Program-made: the position numbers and the translations under genes | Notes under the pieces: generated by a model | The model's database searches: none | What the model was told of the DNA's origin: nothing | The model's input: only the letters and a program-made list of their open reading frames with translations | Assembly (NCBI GenBank): GCA_041659405.1 | Contig: JBAZYK010000003.1 | Span: 60,001-92,000, forward strand | Direction of reading: 5' to 3' | Source of the DNA: Candidatus Altimarinota bacterium | GTDB taxonomy: Bacteria > Patescibacteriota > Gracilibacteria > UBA1369 | DNA length: 32,000 nt | Shown: in pieces, positions 1-9,529 of the stretch | Position numbering within the stretch: position 1 is the first letter of the stretch | Layout: every line of letters begins with the position of its first letter

Positions 1-2
1 TT

Positions 3-92
3 ATTCCTGCGGAACAAAAAGCAGCTGAAGCCGCTGCCGCTGCTGCCAAAAGAGATGCACCTATCGAAGCCCGCAAATTCGCGGTAGTCTAA
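3..92 (+). CDS. C-terminal fragment of an upstream CDS (possibly rpoC, by synteny only)
   Basis: Open frame from the window edge, ...IPAEQKAAEAAAAAAKRDAPIEARKFAVV*, just upstream of rpsL. Confidence 0.4.
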   Translation: MPAEQKAAEAAAAAAKRDAPIEARKFAVV

Positions 93-97
93 TCGAC

Positions 98-126
98 TTG
101 CATTTCAAAAAATTGCAGTGTAAAGT
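98..126 (+). promoter_or_regulatory. Sigma70-like promoter for rpsL
   Basis: TTGCAT (98-103) - 17 nt - TAAAGT (121-126), followed by a leader with GCCTCTG/CAGAGGC hairpin (133-161). Confidence 0.55.
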
Positions 127-218
127 GGGCAAGCCTCTGCCTAGAACAAGAGATCAGAGGCTCCAAATCCAATATTCCAAGCTATTAATTCTAAATCATT
201 AATCCTAAGTCATAAAAA

Positions 219-632
219 ATGCCAACAATTAATCAACTCATACGTCACCCACGCCGCAATAAAAGAAGCAAATCAAAATCACCGGCACTTCAAACCACAT
301 TCAATACTTTGAAGAACTCCAGCATCAATCTTCCATGTCCTCAAAAACGTGGCGTATGCATCAAGGTTGGTACTATGACTCCAAAAAAACCTAACTCCGC
401 TCTCCGCAAATTTGCCCGTGTTCGTTTAACAAACGGAATCGAGGTAAATGCCTATATCCCGGGTGAAGGACACAATTTACAGGAACATTCGGTTGTAATG
501 ATTCGTGGCGGAAGAGTTAAGGATTTACCAGGTGTACGTTACCACATCATCCGCGGTAAACTTGATACACAGGGTATCCAAACCCGCAGACAGGGACGTT
601 CCCGTTATGGTACTAAGAGACCAAAGAAATAA
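219..632 (+). CDS. rpsL: 30S ribosomal protein S12 (uS12)
   Basis: MPTINQLIR...[59 protein letters not shown]. Confidence 0.98.
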   Translation: MPTINQLIRHPRRNKRSKSKSPALQTTFNTLKNSSINLPCPQKRGVCIKVGTMTPKKPNSALRKFARVRLTNGIEVNAYIPGEGHNLQEHSVVMIRGGRVKDLPGVRYHIIRGKLDTQGIQTRRQGRSRYGTKRPKK

Positions 633-712
633 CCACGCACAGCGGTACACAACAGTGAGGCCAGCCGGCCGAACTCACCAATTACTAATTACTAATTATT
701 AATTAAAAGGAA

Positions 713-1168
713 ATGGCACAAAAAAGATCACTCTACATTCCAGAAAATTCAAACCCTCTTCAAGAAAAGTTCATCAACTATCTCATGAAGGATGGCAAGA
801 AAAATACAGCGCGCAAAATTTTCAAAGATATGCTCGAAATTTTGATTGAAAAAGGCAACAAAGAACCAGGCAAAGTATTTGAAAAAGCAATTGAATCCGT
901 AAAACCTACTCTGGAAATTAAAGCAAAACGTATTGGTGGCGCCGTTTACCAGATTCCAATCGAAGTAAAACCGGGTCGTCAACTTATGCTTGCTTTCCGT
1001 TGGTTGCTAGAAGGTGCACGTGGCAAAAAAGGCTCTCCAATGGCTCAAAAGCTTGCTGATGAACTTCTTGCCGCTTCCAATGGTGAAGGTCTGGCAATCA
1101 AGAAGAAAGAAGACACAATGAAGATGGCTCAAGCCAACAAAGCCTTCGCTCACTACGCAAAATACTAA
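713..1168 (+). CDS. rpsG: 30S ribosomal protein S7 (uS7)
   Basis: Family motifs KPTLEIKAKRIGGAVYQIPIEVKPGRQLMLAFRWLL; ORF directly after rpsL. Confidence 0.97.
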   Translation: MAQKRSLYIPENSNPLQEKFINYLMKDGKKNTARKIFKDMLEILIEKGNKEPGKVFEKAIESVKPTLEIKAKRIGGAVYQIPIEVKPGRQLMLAFRWLLEGARGKKGSPMAQKLADELLAASNGEGLAIKKKEDTMKMAQANKAFAHYAKY

Positions 1169-1210
1169 AAGAGATCATCCGGCCCACGGGCCAAAATCCT
1201 ACAAGAATTC

Positions 1211-1243
1211 AAAAGAGTCCCACTCAACCGGGGCTCTTTTTTT
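1211..1243 (+). terminator. Rho-independent terminator after rpsG
   Basis: AAAGAGTCCC...GGGGCTCTTTTTTT hairpin plus T-run. Confidence 0.75.
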
Positions 1244-1270
1244 GTGACGATTCTTAGCTATAAAATCCAG

Positions 1271-1313
1271 ACATTTCCAAAACGTACTTTTTCTTGATAC
1301 AATCAAGCAGAAA
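1271..1313 (+). repeat. Imperfect direct repeat copy 1, possibly promoter-bearing
   Basis: acatttccaaaacgtactttttcttgatacaatcaagcagaaa closely matches 3008-3050. Confidence 0.6.
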
Positions 1314-1374
1314 GCATCGCAAGACATTAGGTGTGTGAAAACAATTTGAATTTTTAAAACTTAACAAAATACAG

Positions 1375-1569
1375 ATGAATGACAAAAAAAGACAGGCAGA
1401 AGCCGAAATTGTAAAAGAAGCGGTTTCTAAATTGGATGGTCATCCAACTAAAGATGATGATGTAGAGGCAATAAGAAAAAAAATGGCAAGAGCAGCGGAA
1501 TTATCTCCAAGTTCTGCAATCAGAATGGGGCGGAATTTTTTAAAAGAAACTGATCCTAAAAAACATTAA
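1375..1569 (+). CDS. Small hypothetical protein (64 aa)
   Basis: ORF MNDKKRQAEAEIVKEAVSKLDGHPTKD...; first small ORF of the cassette-like array. Confidence 0.55.
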   Translation: MNDKKRQAEAEIVKEAVSKLDGHPTKDDDVEAIRKKMARAAELSPSSAIRMGRNFLKETDPKKH

Positions 1570-1585
1570 AAAATCAAATTGTCAT

Positions 1586-1624
1586 CACACAACAGCGCGT
1601 AACCGGTTCACCTGCGGGCTCACT
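1586..1624 (+). repeat. attC-like imperfect palindrome A (left half best preserved)
   Basis: CACACAACAGCGCGTAACCGGTTCACCTGCGGGCTCAC shares the CACACAAC..AACCGGTT layout with the site at 2950. Confidence 0.45.
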
Positions 1625-1662
1625 CAAATTTTTTCTTAACCTTAATTTAGAAATAAAATATT

Positions 1663-1917
1663 ATGAACAAAGTAGAATTTATAGGCTTTGTAGCAGGGAT
1701 ACTGGTAGCAATTTCTGTACTACCACAAGTTATTAAGTCGTGGAAAACCAGATCCACAAAAGATGTTTCAATAATGTGGAGTATCATTAATCTGGCCGGG
1801 CAAATGTTATGGATAGTTTATGGGGCTTACATTGGGAGTAACGCACTTGTAATCATGAGTAGTATTACATTGATAATGAATGTTTCAATGGTAATTCTAA
1901 AACTGAAGTTCGGCTAA
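1663..1917 (+). CDS. SemiSWEET / PQ-loop (MtN3-like) small sugar transporter, 84 aa
   Basis: EFIGFVAGILVAISVLPQVIKSWKTRSTKDVSIMWSIINLAGQMLWIVYG: PQ-loop motif and three predicted TM segments. Confidence 0.85.
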   Translation: MNKVEFIGFVAGILVAISVLPQVIKSWKTRSTKDVSIMWSIINLAGQMLWIVYGAYIGSNALVIMSSITLIMNVSMVILKLKFG

Positions 1918-1928
1918 GAAAAAATTTA

Positions 1929-1964
1929 ACAGCGCCCAACCGGTTAGGCTCGAACGTTGTGTGA
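1929..1964 (+). repeat. attC-like imperfect palindrome B (right half best preserved)
   Basis: AACAGCGCCCAACCGGTTAGGCTCGAACGTTGTGTG. Confidence 0.5.
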
Positions 1965-2016
1965 ATTTCTTGTTTTTACTTACTTCAATTAATCACTATT
2001 TTTTTATTTTCGAAAT

Positions 2017-2187
2017 ATGAAAAATAATTCAAATTACATCTGGAGTATTTTAGGAATTTTTGAATTCTGCTTAATTGGATTCATTCATTATTACTATTCA
2101 AGTTCCACTCCAATGTTTTGGATAAGTCTATTAGCACTTATGATTATCTTCCTTCTTGTAGGCAATATTCTTACGAAAAAGAAGTAG
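2017..2187 (+). CDS. Small membrane protein (56 aa)
   Basis: Not in the ORF track; reads MKNNSNYIWSILGIFEFCLIGFIHYYYSSSTPMFWISLLALMIIFLLVGNILTKKK*, two hydrophobic stretches. Confidence 0.55.
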   Translation: MKNNSNYIWSILGIFEFCLIGFIHYYYSSSTPMFWISLLALMIIFLLVGNILTKKK

Positions 2188-2352
2188 GATCATTAAAAAA
2201 AACGCAACAAAAACATCGCACACGCACGAACGTGGTTTGCCATGGCAGAACCGCAAGAACAGAAATTTTGGGGATCTTTTGGAGATCTAGAATTTGACCA
2301 AATTAGCTATCGATGTTATAGTTAGCTTAGTTTAATTCTTAAAATTATTACT

Positions 2353-2634
2353 ATGCCAGATGAAGAAAAAAGGAAAGAACCTGAAACCGTTGACGAAGCT
2401 GCTAAATGGGTGGTAGATCTTTTTGATCAAGCAAATACTGGTGGCGCTATTGAAAACATGGGAAGTAGAGGTCAAGAAGTAAGTAACGCAATAGATGATC
2501 TAAGACGAGCTTTAAATCGGGACGGTAAAAAAACCGTAATTGACGATCAACAAATGGTTGAAATTAAAGCAGATCGCAATAAAACCAAAGAACGGGTCAA
2601 AAATTTATATAAAAAAAACAAAGACCATTTCTAA
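2353..2634 (+). CDS. Hypothetical protein (93 aa)
   Basis: ORF MPDEEKRKEPETVDEAAKWVVDLFDQANTGG... Confidence 0.55.
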   Translation: MPDEEKRKEPETVDEAAKWVVDLFDQANTGGAIENMGSRGQEVSNAIDDLRRALNRDGKKTVIDDQQMVEIKADRNKTKERVKNLYKKNKDHF

Positions 2635-2638
2635 AAAG

Positions 2639-2704
2639 CCGCTAAAATTTCTGTTTGCCTTCGGCGGTGGTTCTGCCACAGCACCCATGCGAACGTTATA
2701 TAAT
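2639..2704 (+). repeat. attC-like structured region D
   Basis: GCCGCTAAAATTTCTGTTTGCCTTCGGCGGTGGTTCTGCCACAGCACCCATGCGAACGTTATAT; nested complementary blocks and GCGAACGTTAT end. Confidence 0.5.
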
Positions 2705-2728
2705 GGAATTCCCCTTCATTCATCACTT

Positions 2729-2926
2729 ATGGAAAAAAGAAGAATAATATTCGATATACCAAATGGTGTTACCCCAGAGGATATCGATAGAATATATTTT
2801 ACATTTGACAGTAAAATCGGATTTATAACTGATTGGGTTTCAAACACTTTGGAGGCCAATGTAGCTATTGATCTAATAGATGCATTTAAAAAGCAAGCTT
2901 CCAAAGCAGGTTTAAAAGAAAAATAA
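2729..2926 (+). CDS. Small hypothetical protein (65 aa); preferred start inside the 2540..2926 ORF
   Basis: MEKRRIIFDIPNGVTPEDIDRIYFTFDSKIG...; the N-terminal part of the longer ORF overlaps both the 93-aa ORF and the attC-like region. Confidence 0.5.
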   Translation: MEKRRIIFDIPNGVTPEDIDRIYFTFDSKIGFITDWVSNTLEANVAIDLIDAFKKQASKAGLKEK

Positions 2927-2949
2927 TTTGTCTGTGTCGAACAATTCAT

Positions 2950-2991
2950 CACACAACCATGTCCAACCGGTTCAGACGCGGACGTTGTGTG
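2950..2991 (+). repeat. attC-like imperfect palindrome E (most complete copy)
   Basis: CACACAAC cat GTCC AACCGGTT cagacgc GGAC GTTGTGTG: 8-bp terminal inverted repeats plus inner GTCC/GGAC. Confidence 0.55.
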
Positions 2992-3007
2992 CCATACTGC
3001 TCGGAGA

Positions 3008-3050
3008 CACTTCCCAAAACACGCCCTTTATTGATACAATCAGGCAGAAA
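3008..3050 (+). repeat. Imperfect direct repeat copy 2
   Basis: cacttcccaaaacacgccctttattgatacaatcaggcagaaa, compare 1271-1313. Confidence 0.6.
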
Positions 3051-3075
3051 CAGCTAAACACTTAATCAATTTTAT

Positions 3076-3444
3076 ATGCCAAAAATAATTATCGATGGCG
3101 CAGAATGTGCCACTTATGAATCTCCTGAACATGATGCACTTAGTGAAGATCTGGCAAAATTAACAGTTGAAGATTTAGAAAGGGAATTAGCCGCCAGAGA
3201 AAGGACGATGGCAGAAGAAACAGAAGCTGCATTATTTCCAGCATGGGTTTTAGGCCTAACAAGGCTTACAGGGCCAATTGATGATCACGATAGAAAGCGC
3301 GCACAAAGATTGCTCGAAGTAACGGAAACAAGAGAAGCACTTCAAAAAGTATTTCCAAAACCAATAAGCGAGGCAGACTGGGAAATAGCAAGGGGCCGCA
3401 GAATAGTTGCCGAAAAAATACTTGAAGGTGTGTTGATAGAGTAA
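3076..3444 (+). CDS. Hypothetical protein (122 aa)
   Basis: ORF MPKIIIDGAECATYESPEHDALSEDLAKLTVEDLERELAARERTM... Confidence 0.6.
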   Translation: MPKIIIDGAECATYESPEHDALSEDLAKLTVEDLERELAARERTMAEETEAALFPAWVLGLTRLTGPIDDHDRKRAQRLLEVTETREALQKVFPKPISEADWEIARGRRIVAEKILEGVLIE

Positions 3445-3460
3445 AAATTTACCAGTTCCT

Positions 3461-4693
3461 ATGCCCAAATCCCCCGCCCATCCAAATCCTCCCAAAGCCC
3501 CCCAAGCTCAAACCATTTTCGGCGTCCAAAAGCCAATTTTTTGGCTTGGGATTGTCAGTTTTCTTACCGACGTCAGCTCCGAAATGATTTTTTCGATCCT
3601 TTCGGTTTTCTTAACTGTAGTTCTGGGCGCGTCCACAGTCATACTTGGAATCATGGAAGGTCTGGCCGATTTTGCAGCTTCCTCCCTGGATTTCATTTCC
3701 GGTTACCTCTCCGACAAAACCGGCAAACGCAAAATCTTCGCGCTTTTTGGTTATGGCTTTTCAACTCTGGCCAAATGCCTGCTGGTTGTTGTCAGCAACG
3801 TCGCCGGAGTTTTTAGTTTTAGAGTGATTGAACGCCTTGGTAAATCCATTCGCGGAGCCCCACGTGACGCCCTTATTTCTTCCCTCAGCGAAAAATCAAA
3901 ACTGGGTTTTTCATTCGGTTTTCACAAAATGTTGGATAAAACCGGTGCCGTTTTAGGGCCATTTATAGCCTACTTCCTGCTTTCAGCCTTTGGCCAAAAT
4001 CCCCAAACCTTCCAACTGCTTTTCATAGTTGCCGTAATCCCCGCTCTTCTTTCCGTCCTGATTCTTGGCATATTCGTAAAAGATAAACCGGCTCCATCCC
4101 GCACACGCCAAAACATTTTCACACTGTACAAAGAATCAACTCCCGCCTTCAAAAAATATCTCAAAGTTGCCGGATTTTTCTCGATAGCCTACTTCAGTTT
4201 TGCCTTTCTGATGCTCAAAGCCTATCAAGTCGGCTTCGAGATCAAAGATATCGTTTTGCTTTACGCGCTCTTCAACATCGCCTTCACAATTATTTCCATT
4301 CCGGTCGGCAAAATCGGCGACAAAATCGGCCGCCACAAAATCATCCTCGCCGAATTTATCATTTACGCTTTGATGTGTTTGGGTTTTATTTTCGCCACAA
4401 CCAAACTCACCGTCGGACTGCTTTTTCTGGTTTACGGAATTTTCTACGCGATCGACGAAGGCCAGACCAAAGCCTTTATCAGCGACATCTCCAGTGAAGA
4501 AACCCGCGCCAGCTCAATCGGCCTTTATAATTTTATCACCGGCATGATTTATCTGCCCGCCTCATTAATCGCCGGATTTCTCTGGAGCCAATACGGTTCC
4601 GCCGCCACATTTATATTTGCCGGAGCTATCGCTTTAATCTCGGCCGTTGCCTTCAAATTTAGCGCATATCACGAAGCATCTTCACATCGCTAA
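3461..4693 (+). CDS. Major facilitator superfamily transporter (410 aa)
   Basis: Multiple TM segments; MFS-like loop motifs GYLSDKTGKRKIFALFGY, GKIGDKIGRHKIILAE. Confidence 0.85.
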   Translation: MPKSPAHPNPPKAPQAQTIFGVQKPIFWLGIVSFLTDVSSEMIFSILSVFLTVVLGASTVILGIMEGLADFAASSLDFISGYLSDKTGKRKIFALFGYGFSTLAKCLLVVVSNVAGVFSFRVIERLGKSIRGAPRDALISSLSEKSKLGFSFGFHKMLDKTGAVLGPFIAYFLLSAFGQNPQTFQLLFIVAVIPALLSVLILGIFVKDKPAPSRTRQNIFTLYKESTPAFKKYLKVAGFFSIAYFSFAFLMLKAYQVGFEIKDIVLLYALFNIAFTIISIPVGKIGDKIGRHKIILAEFIIYALMCLGFIFATTKLTVGLLFLVYGIFYAIDEGQTKAFISDISSEETRASSIGLYNFITGMIYLPASLIAGFLWSQYGSAATFIFAGAIALISAVAFKFSAYHEASSHR

Positions 4694-5135
4694 TCACCTC
4701 TTCGGCGTGTTCAGCCGGCTTCACTTTTTCGTAATGCTTCACAATTACGCCTTTTGGATCAATCAAAAACGACTCGCGTGAAATCCCCATAAATTTCTTT
4801 CCCATAAAGTTTTTCTCCTTCCAGACTCCATATTCTTGAATCACCTTTTTATCGACATCGGACAGCAAAGGAAAATTAAGACGTTCCTTTAACCTGAATT
4901 TTTTATGAGACTCGGAACTATCCGCGCTAACCCCTATAACCTGCACATTCAAAGCCTTTAAATCATTCATGCGATTACGCAAACACTGCGCTTCTTCCGT
5001 ACACCCCGGCGTCATATCCTTTGGATAAAAATACAAAAGAATATATTGCCCCTTAAAATCCGCAAGCGAAAGATCCCCGCCATTTTCATCCGGCAAATTA
5101 ACCGCCGGCGCCTTTTTGTTTAACAGGTTCGACAT
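4659..5135 (-). CDS. bcp: Thioredoxin-dependent peroxiredoxin, Bcp/AhpC-TSA family
   Basis: LLYFYPKDMTPGCTEEAQCLRNRMNDLKALNVQVIGVSADS; overlaps the 3' end of the MFS gene tail to tail. Confidence 0.9.
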   Translation of the reverse strand: MSNLLNKKAPAVNLPDENGGDLSLADFKGQYILLYFYPKDMTPGCTEEAQCLRNRMNDLKALNVQVIGVSADSSESHKKFRLKERLNFPLLSDVDKKVIQEYGVWKEKNFMGKKFMGISRESFLIDPKGVIVKHYEKVKPAEHAEEVISDVKMLRDMR

Positions 5136-5294
5136 ACAACAAAATTAAAAATTATTGATCAGTGCCCCCAATCATAGCACGAAAAACTAACATTAATAAA
5201 CGACTTTTGTAGATATAAAAGCTCATTTTTTACTTGCAATAATTAGAATAGATATAGTACCATTGCGACCATTTTAAATTTTAAATTTTCAATT

Positions 5295-5906
5295 ATGCGA
5301 AAAGGCACACCAGCGGAACAATTTCTTGAAACAGCTGATCGACATTTCAAGTTTGATGGTAAAAACCGGTTAATTACCCCTCGAGTACAAGCACAAATAT
5401 TGAAAATAGGGCAGGCTTGCCAAGACGTTTTAGCAGTACACGGACAAATATCTACAGCCGATTATATTAAGATTGCCGAAAATTACGGAAAAGTAGAAGG
5501 AAATACTGCTAAACAAAGCTTATCGGTAACTTTAAGCAAACCAAAAGTTTATGAGTTTAGAGATTTTCCGCGCGGGTTTGTAGAATTTAGACATTTACCC
5601 AAAGGCCACCACACATCGCCGCAATTTTTTACTGAACCCAGAATACCACAAATTACTGCTACTTTTGATGGCAAGCTTTGGTTTGTTACTCCTGATGGCA
5701 AAATCGAAACTCATGGTAAAAATGATCCCCCAAGAATTCCCGGAGAAGATGATGATATCGAAATATCTATCCCTACTAGACGTAATTGGACAGGCCTTGT
5801 TGCCCAACCTAGAACAGCCAACCAAGAATCCACGAGTCGTCATGACTGGAAAGAGGTTGTTCAAAGAGTTATAACCGCCAGCACTTTTTCAGCGGGGAAA
5901 AAATAA
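5295..5906 (+). CDS. Hypothetical protein (203 aa)
   Basis: Long ORF MRKGTPAEQFLETADRHFKFDGKNRLITPR..., no family recognised. Confidence 0.6.
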   Translation: MRKGTPAEQFLETADRHFKFDGKNRLITPRVQAQILKIGQACQDVLAVHGQISTADYIKIAENYGKVEGNTAKQSLSVTLSKPKVYEFRDFPRGFVEFRHLPKGHHTSPQFFTEPRIPQITATFDGKLWFVTPDGKIETHGKNDPPRIPGEDDDIEISIPTRRNWTGLVAQPRTANQESTSRHDWKEVVQRVITASTFSAGKK

Positions 5907-5928
5907 ACATAATTAAATTTTCCTTTCC

Positions 5929-5956
5929 TTGACTTCACATCAGGAATAAATATAAT
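5929..5956 (+). promoter_or_regulatory. Sigma70-like promoter for fusA
   Basis: TTGACT (5929-5934) - 16 nt - TATAAT (5951-5956). Confidence 0.7.
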
Positions 5957-5998
5957 ACAAAAGCCCTCAAATGAGAGGGAAATTTAAGTAAAACTCGT

Positions 5999-6074
5999 GC
6001 TCAGGTTGTGAATACCTACTGAGCACATCCGGGGTAGGGGCCCTGTGTGCGAAGGAGGTATTCACAACCTGAGC
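5999..6074 (+). repeat. Long-hairpin element copy 1 (upstream of fusA)
   Basis: GCTCAGGTTGTGAATACCT / AGGTATTCACAACCTGAGC (19 bp) around GCACA TCCGGGGTAGGGGCCCTG TGTGC. Confidence 0.9.
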
Positions 6075-6106
6075 CAACTAATTACTAATTCTTAATTAAA
6101 TAAACC

Positions 6107-8185
6107 ATGTCCGTCGACCTTAGTAAACTTCGCAACTTTGGTATTATCGCGCATATTGATGCCGGTAAAACCACTACCACCGAACGTATTCTTTTCTATA
6201 CCGGTAAAAATTACAAAATCGGTGAAGTGCATGAAGGTGCTGCCACAATGGACTGGATGGAACAGGAACGTGAACGCGGAATTACAATTACCTCCGCCGC
6301 TACAAGCTGCGCCTGGAAAGATTGCCGCTACAACATTATTGATACCCCCGGGCACGTAGACTTTACAGCCGAAGTAGAACGCTCACTCCGCGTACTTGAT
6401 GGAGGTGTTGTTGTTTTCGACGGCTCACAGGGTGTAGAACCTCAATCCGAAACAGTATGGCGCCAAGCTGATAAATACTCGGTTCCCCGCATGGCCTTTG
6501 TAAACAAAATGGACAAACTTGGTGCTGACTTTTACATGAGCTTACAATCTATTTTCGATCGTCTTAGTAAAGAAGCCGTTGCCATTCAACTTCCTATCGG
6601 TGAAGAATCAACTTTTATGGGTGTTATTGATCTCGTCCTTCAAAAAGCTTTCACCTTTGAAGGCAAACACGGTGAAATCATCAAAGAAATCCCAATTCCG
6701 GAAGACATGAAAGATAAGGTTCAGGAATATCGTCATCGTTTAATGGAAAAAGTGGCTGAATGTAATGACGACCTGACTGATAAATATCTCCGTGGAGAAG
6801 AATTAACAGTTGAAGAAATCAAGCGTGGTATGCGCAACGCAGTAGTGAAAAACCAACTTTACCCGGTATTTTGTGGATCCGCCCTTGCTAACAAAGGTGT
6901 TCAACTTGTATTGGATGGCGTAAATGAATATCTTCCTTCTCCTTTGGATATCGCCGCTGTTAAAGGAACAAATCCGGACACCGGACTGGAAGAAGAACGT
7001 AACATGGAAGAAAATCAACCATTCTCCGCTTTGATCTTTAAGATCATGACTGATCCTTTCGTTGGAAAACTCGCTTATTTCCGTGTTTACTCCGGCAAAC
7101 TAACTTCCGGAAGTTACGTTTTAAACAGTTCAACCGGCAACAAAGAACGTATTAGCCGTTTGATTCAGATGCATGCCAACTTACGTGAAGAAATCAAAGA
7201 AGTACACGCAGGTGATATTGCCGCAACCGTAGGTCTTAAAGGAACCTTCACCGGCCACACACTTTGCGACGAAGACAAGCCAATTATCCTTGAATCAATC
7301 ACCTTCCCTGAACCGGTTATCCAAATTGCGATTGAACCAAAGACTAAAGCCGATCAGGAAAAAATGGGTATCGCTCTGCAAAAACTTGCCGAAGAAGATC
7401 CAACCTTCCAGGTTAAAACTCATGAAGAAACCGGACAAACACTTATTGCCGGTATGGGAGAACTTCATCTGGATATTATCGTTGATCGTATGCGCCGTGA
7501 ATTTAAAGTGGAAGCCAACATCGGTCGTCCACAGGTAGCTTACCGTGAAACCATCACGACCGAAGTTAAGGCGGAAGAGAAATACGTTAAACAATCAGGT
7601 GGTCGTGGTCAATATGGTCACGTTATGATCCGCTTGATGCCAAATGAACCGGGCAAGGGTTACGAATTTGTGAATAAAGTCGTTGGAGGTAAAATTCCTC
7701 GTGAATTCATTCCGGCCGTAGATAAAGGTATTAAAGAAGCAACAACTCGTGGGATTTTGGCCGGATACCCTGTAGTAGACGTCAAAATTGAACTTTATGA
7801 TGGTTCTTACCATGATGTGGATTCCAACGAATTGGCATTTAAAATTGCCGGTTCTATGGCCTTCCAAAAAGGGGCAAGAGCTGCCGGTCCGGTTATTCTT
7901 GAACCAATCATGAAAGTGGAAGTTACTTCTCCTGAAGAATTTTTTGGAGATGTAATGGGTAACTTAAGTTCACGCCGTGGCCAAATTTACGAAACAACCA
8001 ACCGCGGTATGGCTAAAGTTATTCACTCCCGCGTTCCGCTTTCCGAAATGTTTGGTTACGCAACCGATCTTCGTTCTATGACTCAAGGCCGCGCCGCTTA
8101 CACCATGGAATTTGATCACTACGAAAAAGTTCCGGCAAACGTTGCCGAAAAGATCATCGCAGAAAGGACTGCAGGAAAGGCGTAA
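6107..8185 (+). CDS. fusA: Elongation factor G
   Basis: [35 protein letters not shown], full-length 692 aa. Confidence 0.98.
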   Translation: MSVDLSKLRNFGIIAHIDAGKTTTTERILFYTGKNYKIGEVHEGAATMDWMEQERERGITITSAATSCAWKDCRYNIIDTPGHVDFTAEVERSLRVLDGGVVVFDGSQGVEPQSETVWRQADKYSVPRMAFVNKMDKLGADFYMSLQSIFDRLSKEAVAIQLPIGEESTFMGVIDLVLQKAFTFEGKHGEIIKEIPIPEDMKDKVQEYRHRLMEKVAECNDDLTDKYLRGEELTVEEIKRGMRNAVVKNQLYPVFCGSALANKGVQLVLDGVNEYLPSPLDIAAVKGTNPDTGLEEERNMEENQPFSALIFKIMTDPFVGKLAYFRVYSGKLTSGSYVLNSSTGNKERISRLIQMHANLREEIKEVHAGDIAATVGLKGTFTGHTLCDEDKPIILESITFPEPVIQIAIEPKTKADQEKMGIALQKLAEEDPTFQVKTHEETGQTLIAGMGELHLDIIVDRMRREFKVEANIGRPQVAYRETITTEVKAEEKYVKQSGGRGQYGHVMIRLMPNEPGKGYEFVNKVVGGKIPREFIPAVDKGIKEATTRGILAGYPVVDVKIELYDGSYHDVDSNELAFKIAGSMAFQKGARAAGPVILEPIMKVEVTSPEEFFGDVMGNLSSRRGQIYETTNRGMAKVIHSRVPLSEMFGYATDLRSMTQGRAAYTMEFDHYEKVPANVAEKIIAERTAGKA

Positions 8186-8193
8186 AAATTCCC

Positions 8194-8222
8194 TTGCATT
8201 GCTGATTTTTTTCCGATAATAT
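8194..8222 (+). promoter_or_regulatory. Sigma70-like promoter for tuf
   Basis: TTGCAT (8194-8199) - 17 nt - TAATAT (8217-8222). Confidence 0.65.
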
Positions 8223-8325
8223 CCTTTCGCATTTCTTCAAAATGCATTGCTCTTTAATTGGCGGAAAGATCCGCCTAAGCACTTACTCTCAACTAATCTT
8301 AATTACTAATTCATAATTCTTTAAT

Positions 8326-9510
8326 ATGGCAGACGTATTTCAAAGAACAAAGACACACGTAAACGTTGGTACTATCGGCCACGTAGACCACGGCAAGACA
8401 ACTTTAACAGCTGCAATCACAATGTATTGCGCTACTAAAGGCCTGGCTAAAGCTCGCAAATATGATGAAATTGACAATGCTCCGGAAGAAAAGGCTCGTG
8501 GTATTACAATTGCTACATCCCATCAGGAATACGAAACTGAAAAACGTCATTATGCTCACGTTGATTGTCCGGGGCATGCCGATTACGTTAAGAACATGAT
8601 TACCGGTGCCGCTCAAATGGATGGCGCAATCCTCGTAGTTTCCGCTGCAGACGGTCCTATGCCACAAACTCGTGAACATATCCTTTTGGCTAAACAGGTT
8701 AACGTTCCTTATATCATCGTGTTCATGAACAAGATGGACATGGCTGATCCTGAAATTGCTGAACTTTCCGAAATGGAAGTTCGTGAACTTCTTAAGAAAT
8801 ATGGTTTCGACGGCGACAAGACTCCATTCATCAAAGGTTCTGCTCTTAAAGCTATGGAAAACCCAACTGATCCTGCTGCTACAAAATGCATCCAGGACCT
8901 TCTCGACGCATTAGATAGCTGGGTTCCTGATCCAGTACGTGAACTCGACAAACCATTCTTGATGTCAGTTGAAGATGTATTCTCCATCAAGGGTCGCGGT
9001 ACGGTAGCTACAGGTCGTATCGACAAAGGTATCGTTAAGATCAATGAAGAAGTTGAAATCGTTGGTATTCTCCCAACTCGCAAGGTAATTGTTACCGGCG
9101 TTGAAATGTTCAAGAAATTACTTGATCAGGGTCAAGCTGGTGATAACGTTGGTCTTCTCCTCCGTGGTGTTGAACGTGAAGAAATTGTTCGTGGACAGGT
9201 TGTCTGCAAACCGGGAACAATCAAACCACACACTAAATTCGAAGGACAAGTTTATATTTTGACTAAAGAAGAAGGTGGACGTCATACTCCATTCTTCAAA
9301 GGCTACAAACCACAATTCTATATCCGTACAACAGATGTAACTGGTGCGGTAGAACTTCCACCGGGTGTGGAAATGGTTATGCCGGGTGATGATATTAAGA
9401 TGGTTATTACACTTGGATCTCCAATCGCTCTTGATGAAAGCACTCGTTTTGCCATCCGTGAAGGTGGACGCACAGTTGGTGCCGGAGTTATCACAAAAAT
9501 CCTGGAGTAA
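8326..9510 (+). CDS. tuf: Elongation factor Tu
   Basis: [47 protein letters not shown], 394 aa. Confidence 0.98.
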   Translation: MADVFQRTKTHVNVGTIGHVDHGKTTLTAAITMYCATKGLAKARKYDEIDNAPEEKARGITIATSHQEYETEKRHYAHVDCPGHADYVKNMITGAAQMDGAILVVSAADGPMPQTREHILLAKQVNVPYIIVFMNKMDMADPEIAELSEMEVRELLKKYGFDGDKTPFIKGSALKAMENPTDPAATKCIQDLLDALDSWVPDPVRELDKPFLMSVEDVFSIKGRGTVATGRIDKGIVKINEEVEIVGILPTRKVIVTGVEMFKKLLDQGQAGDNVGLLLRGVEREEIVRGQVVCKPGTIKPHTKFEGQVYILTKEEGGRHTPFFKGYKPQFYIRTTDVTGAVELPPGVEMVMPGDDIKMVITLGSPIALDESTRFAIREGGRTVGAGVITKILE

Positions 9511-9529
9511 GATCTCGCAAAGCGAGATC

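Noticed and set aside
505-702. ORF on + overlapping the end of rpsL
   Set aside because: Out-of-frame translation of rpsL coding sequence; no independent support.
2540-2926. 128-aa ORF as given in the track
   Set aside because: Its first part overlaps the 93-aa ORF in another frame and runs through the attC-like palindrome; the start at 2729 is more consistent.
1586-2991. Calling the palindromes confirmed attC sites
   Set aside because: Consensus match is imperfect, integrase not in window, and I cannot run the attC covariance model, so they are reported only as attC-like.
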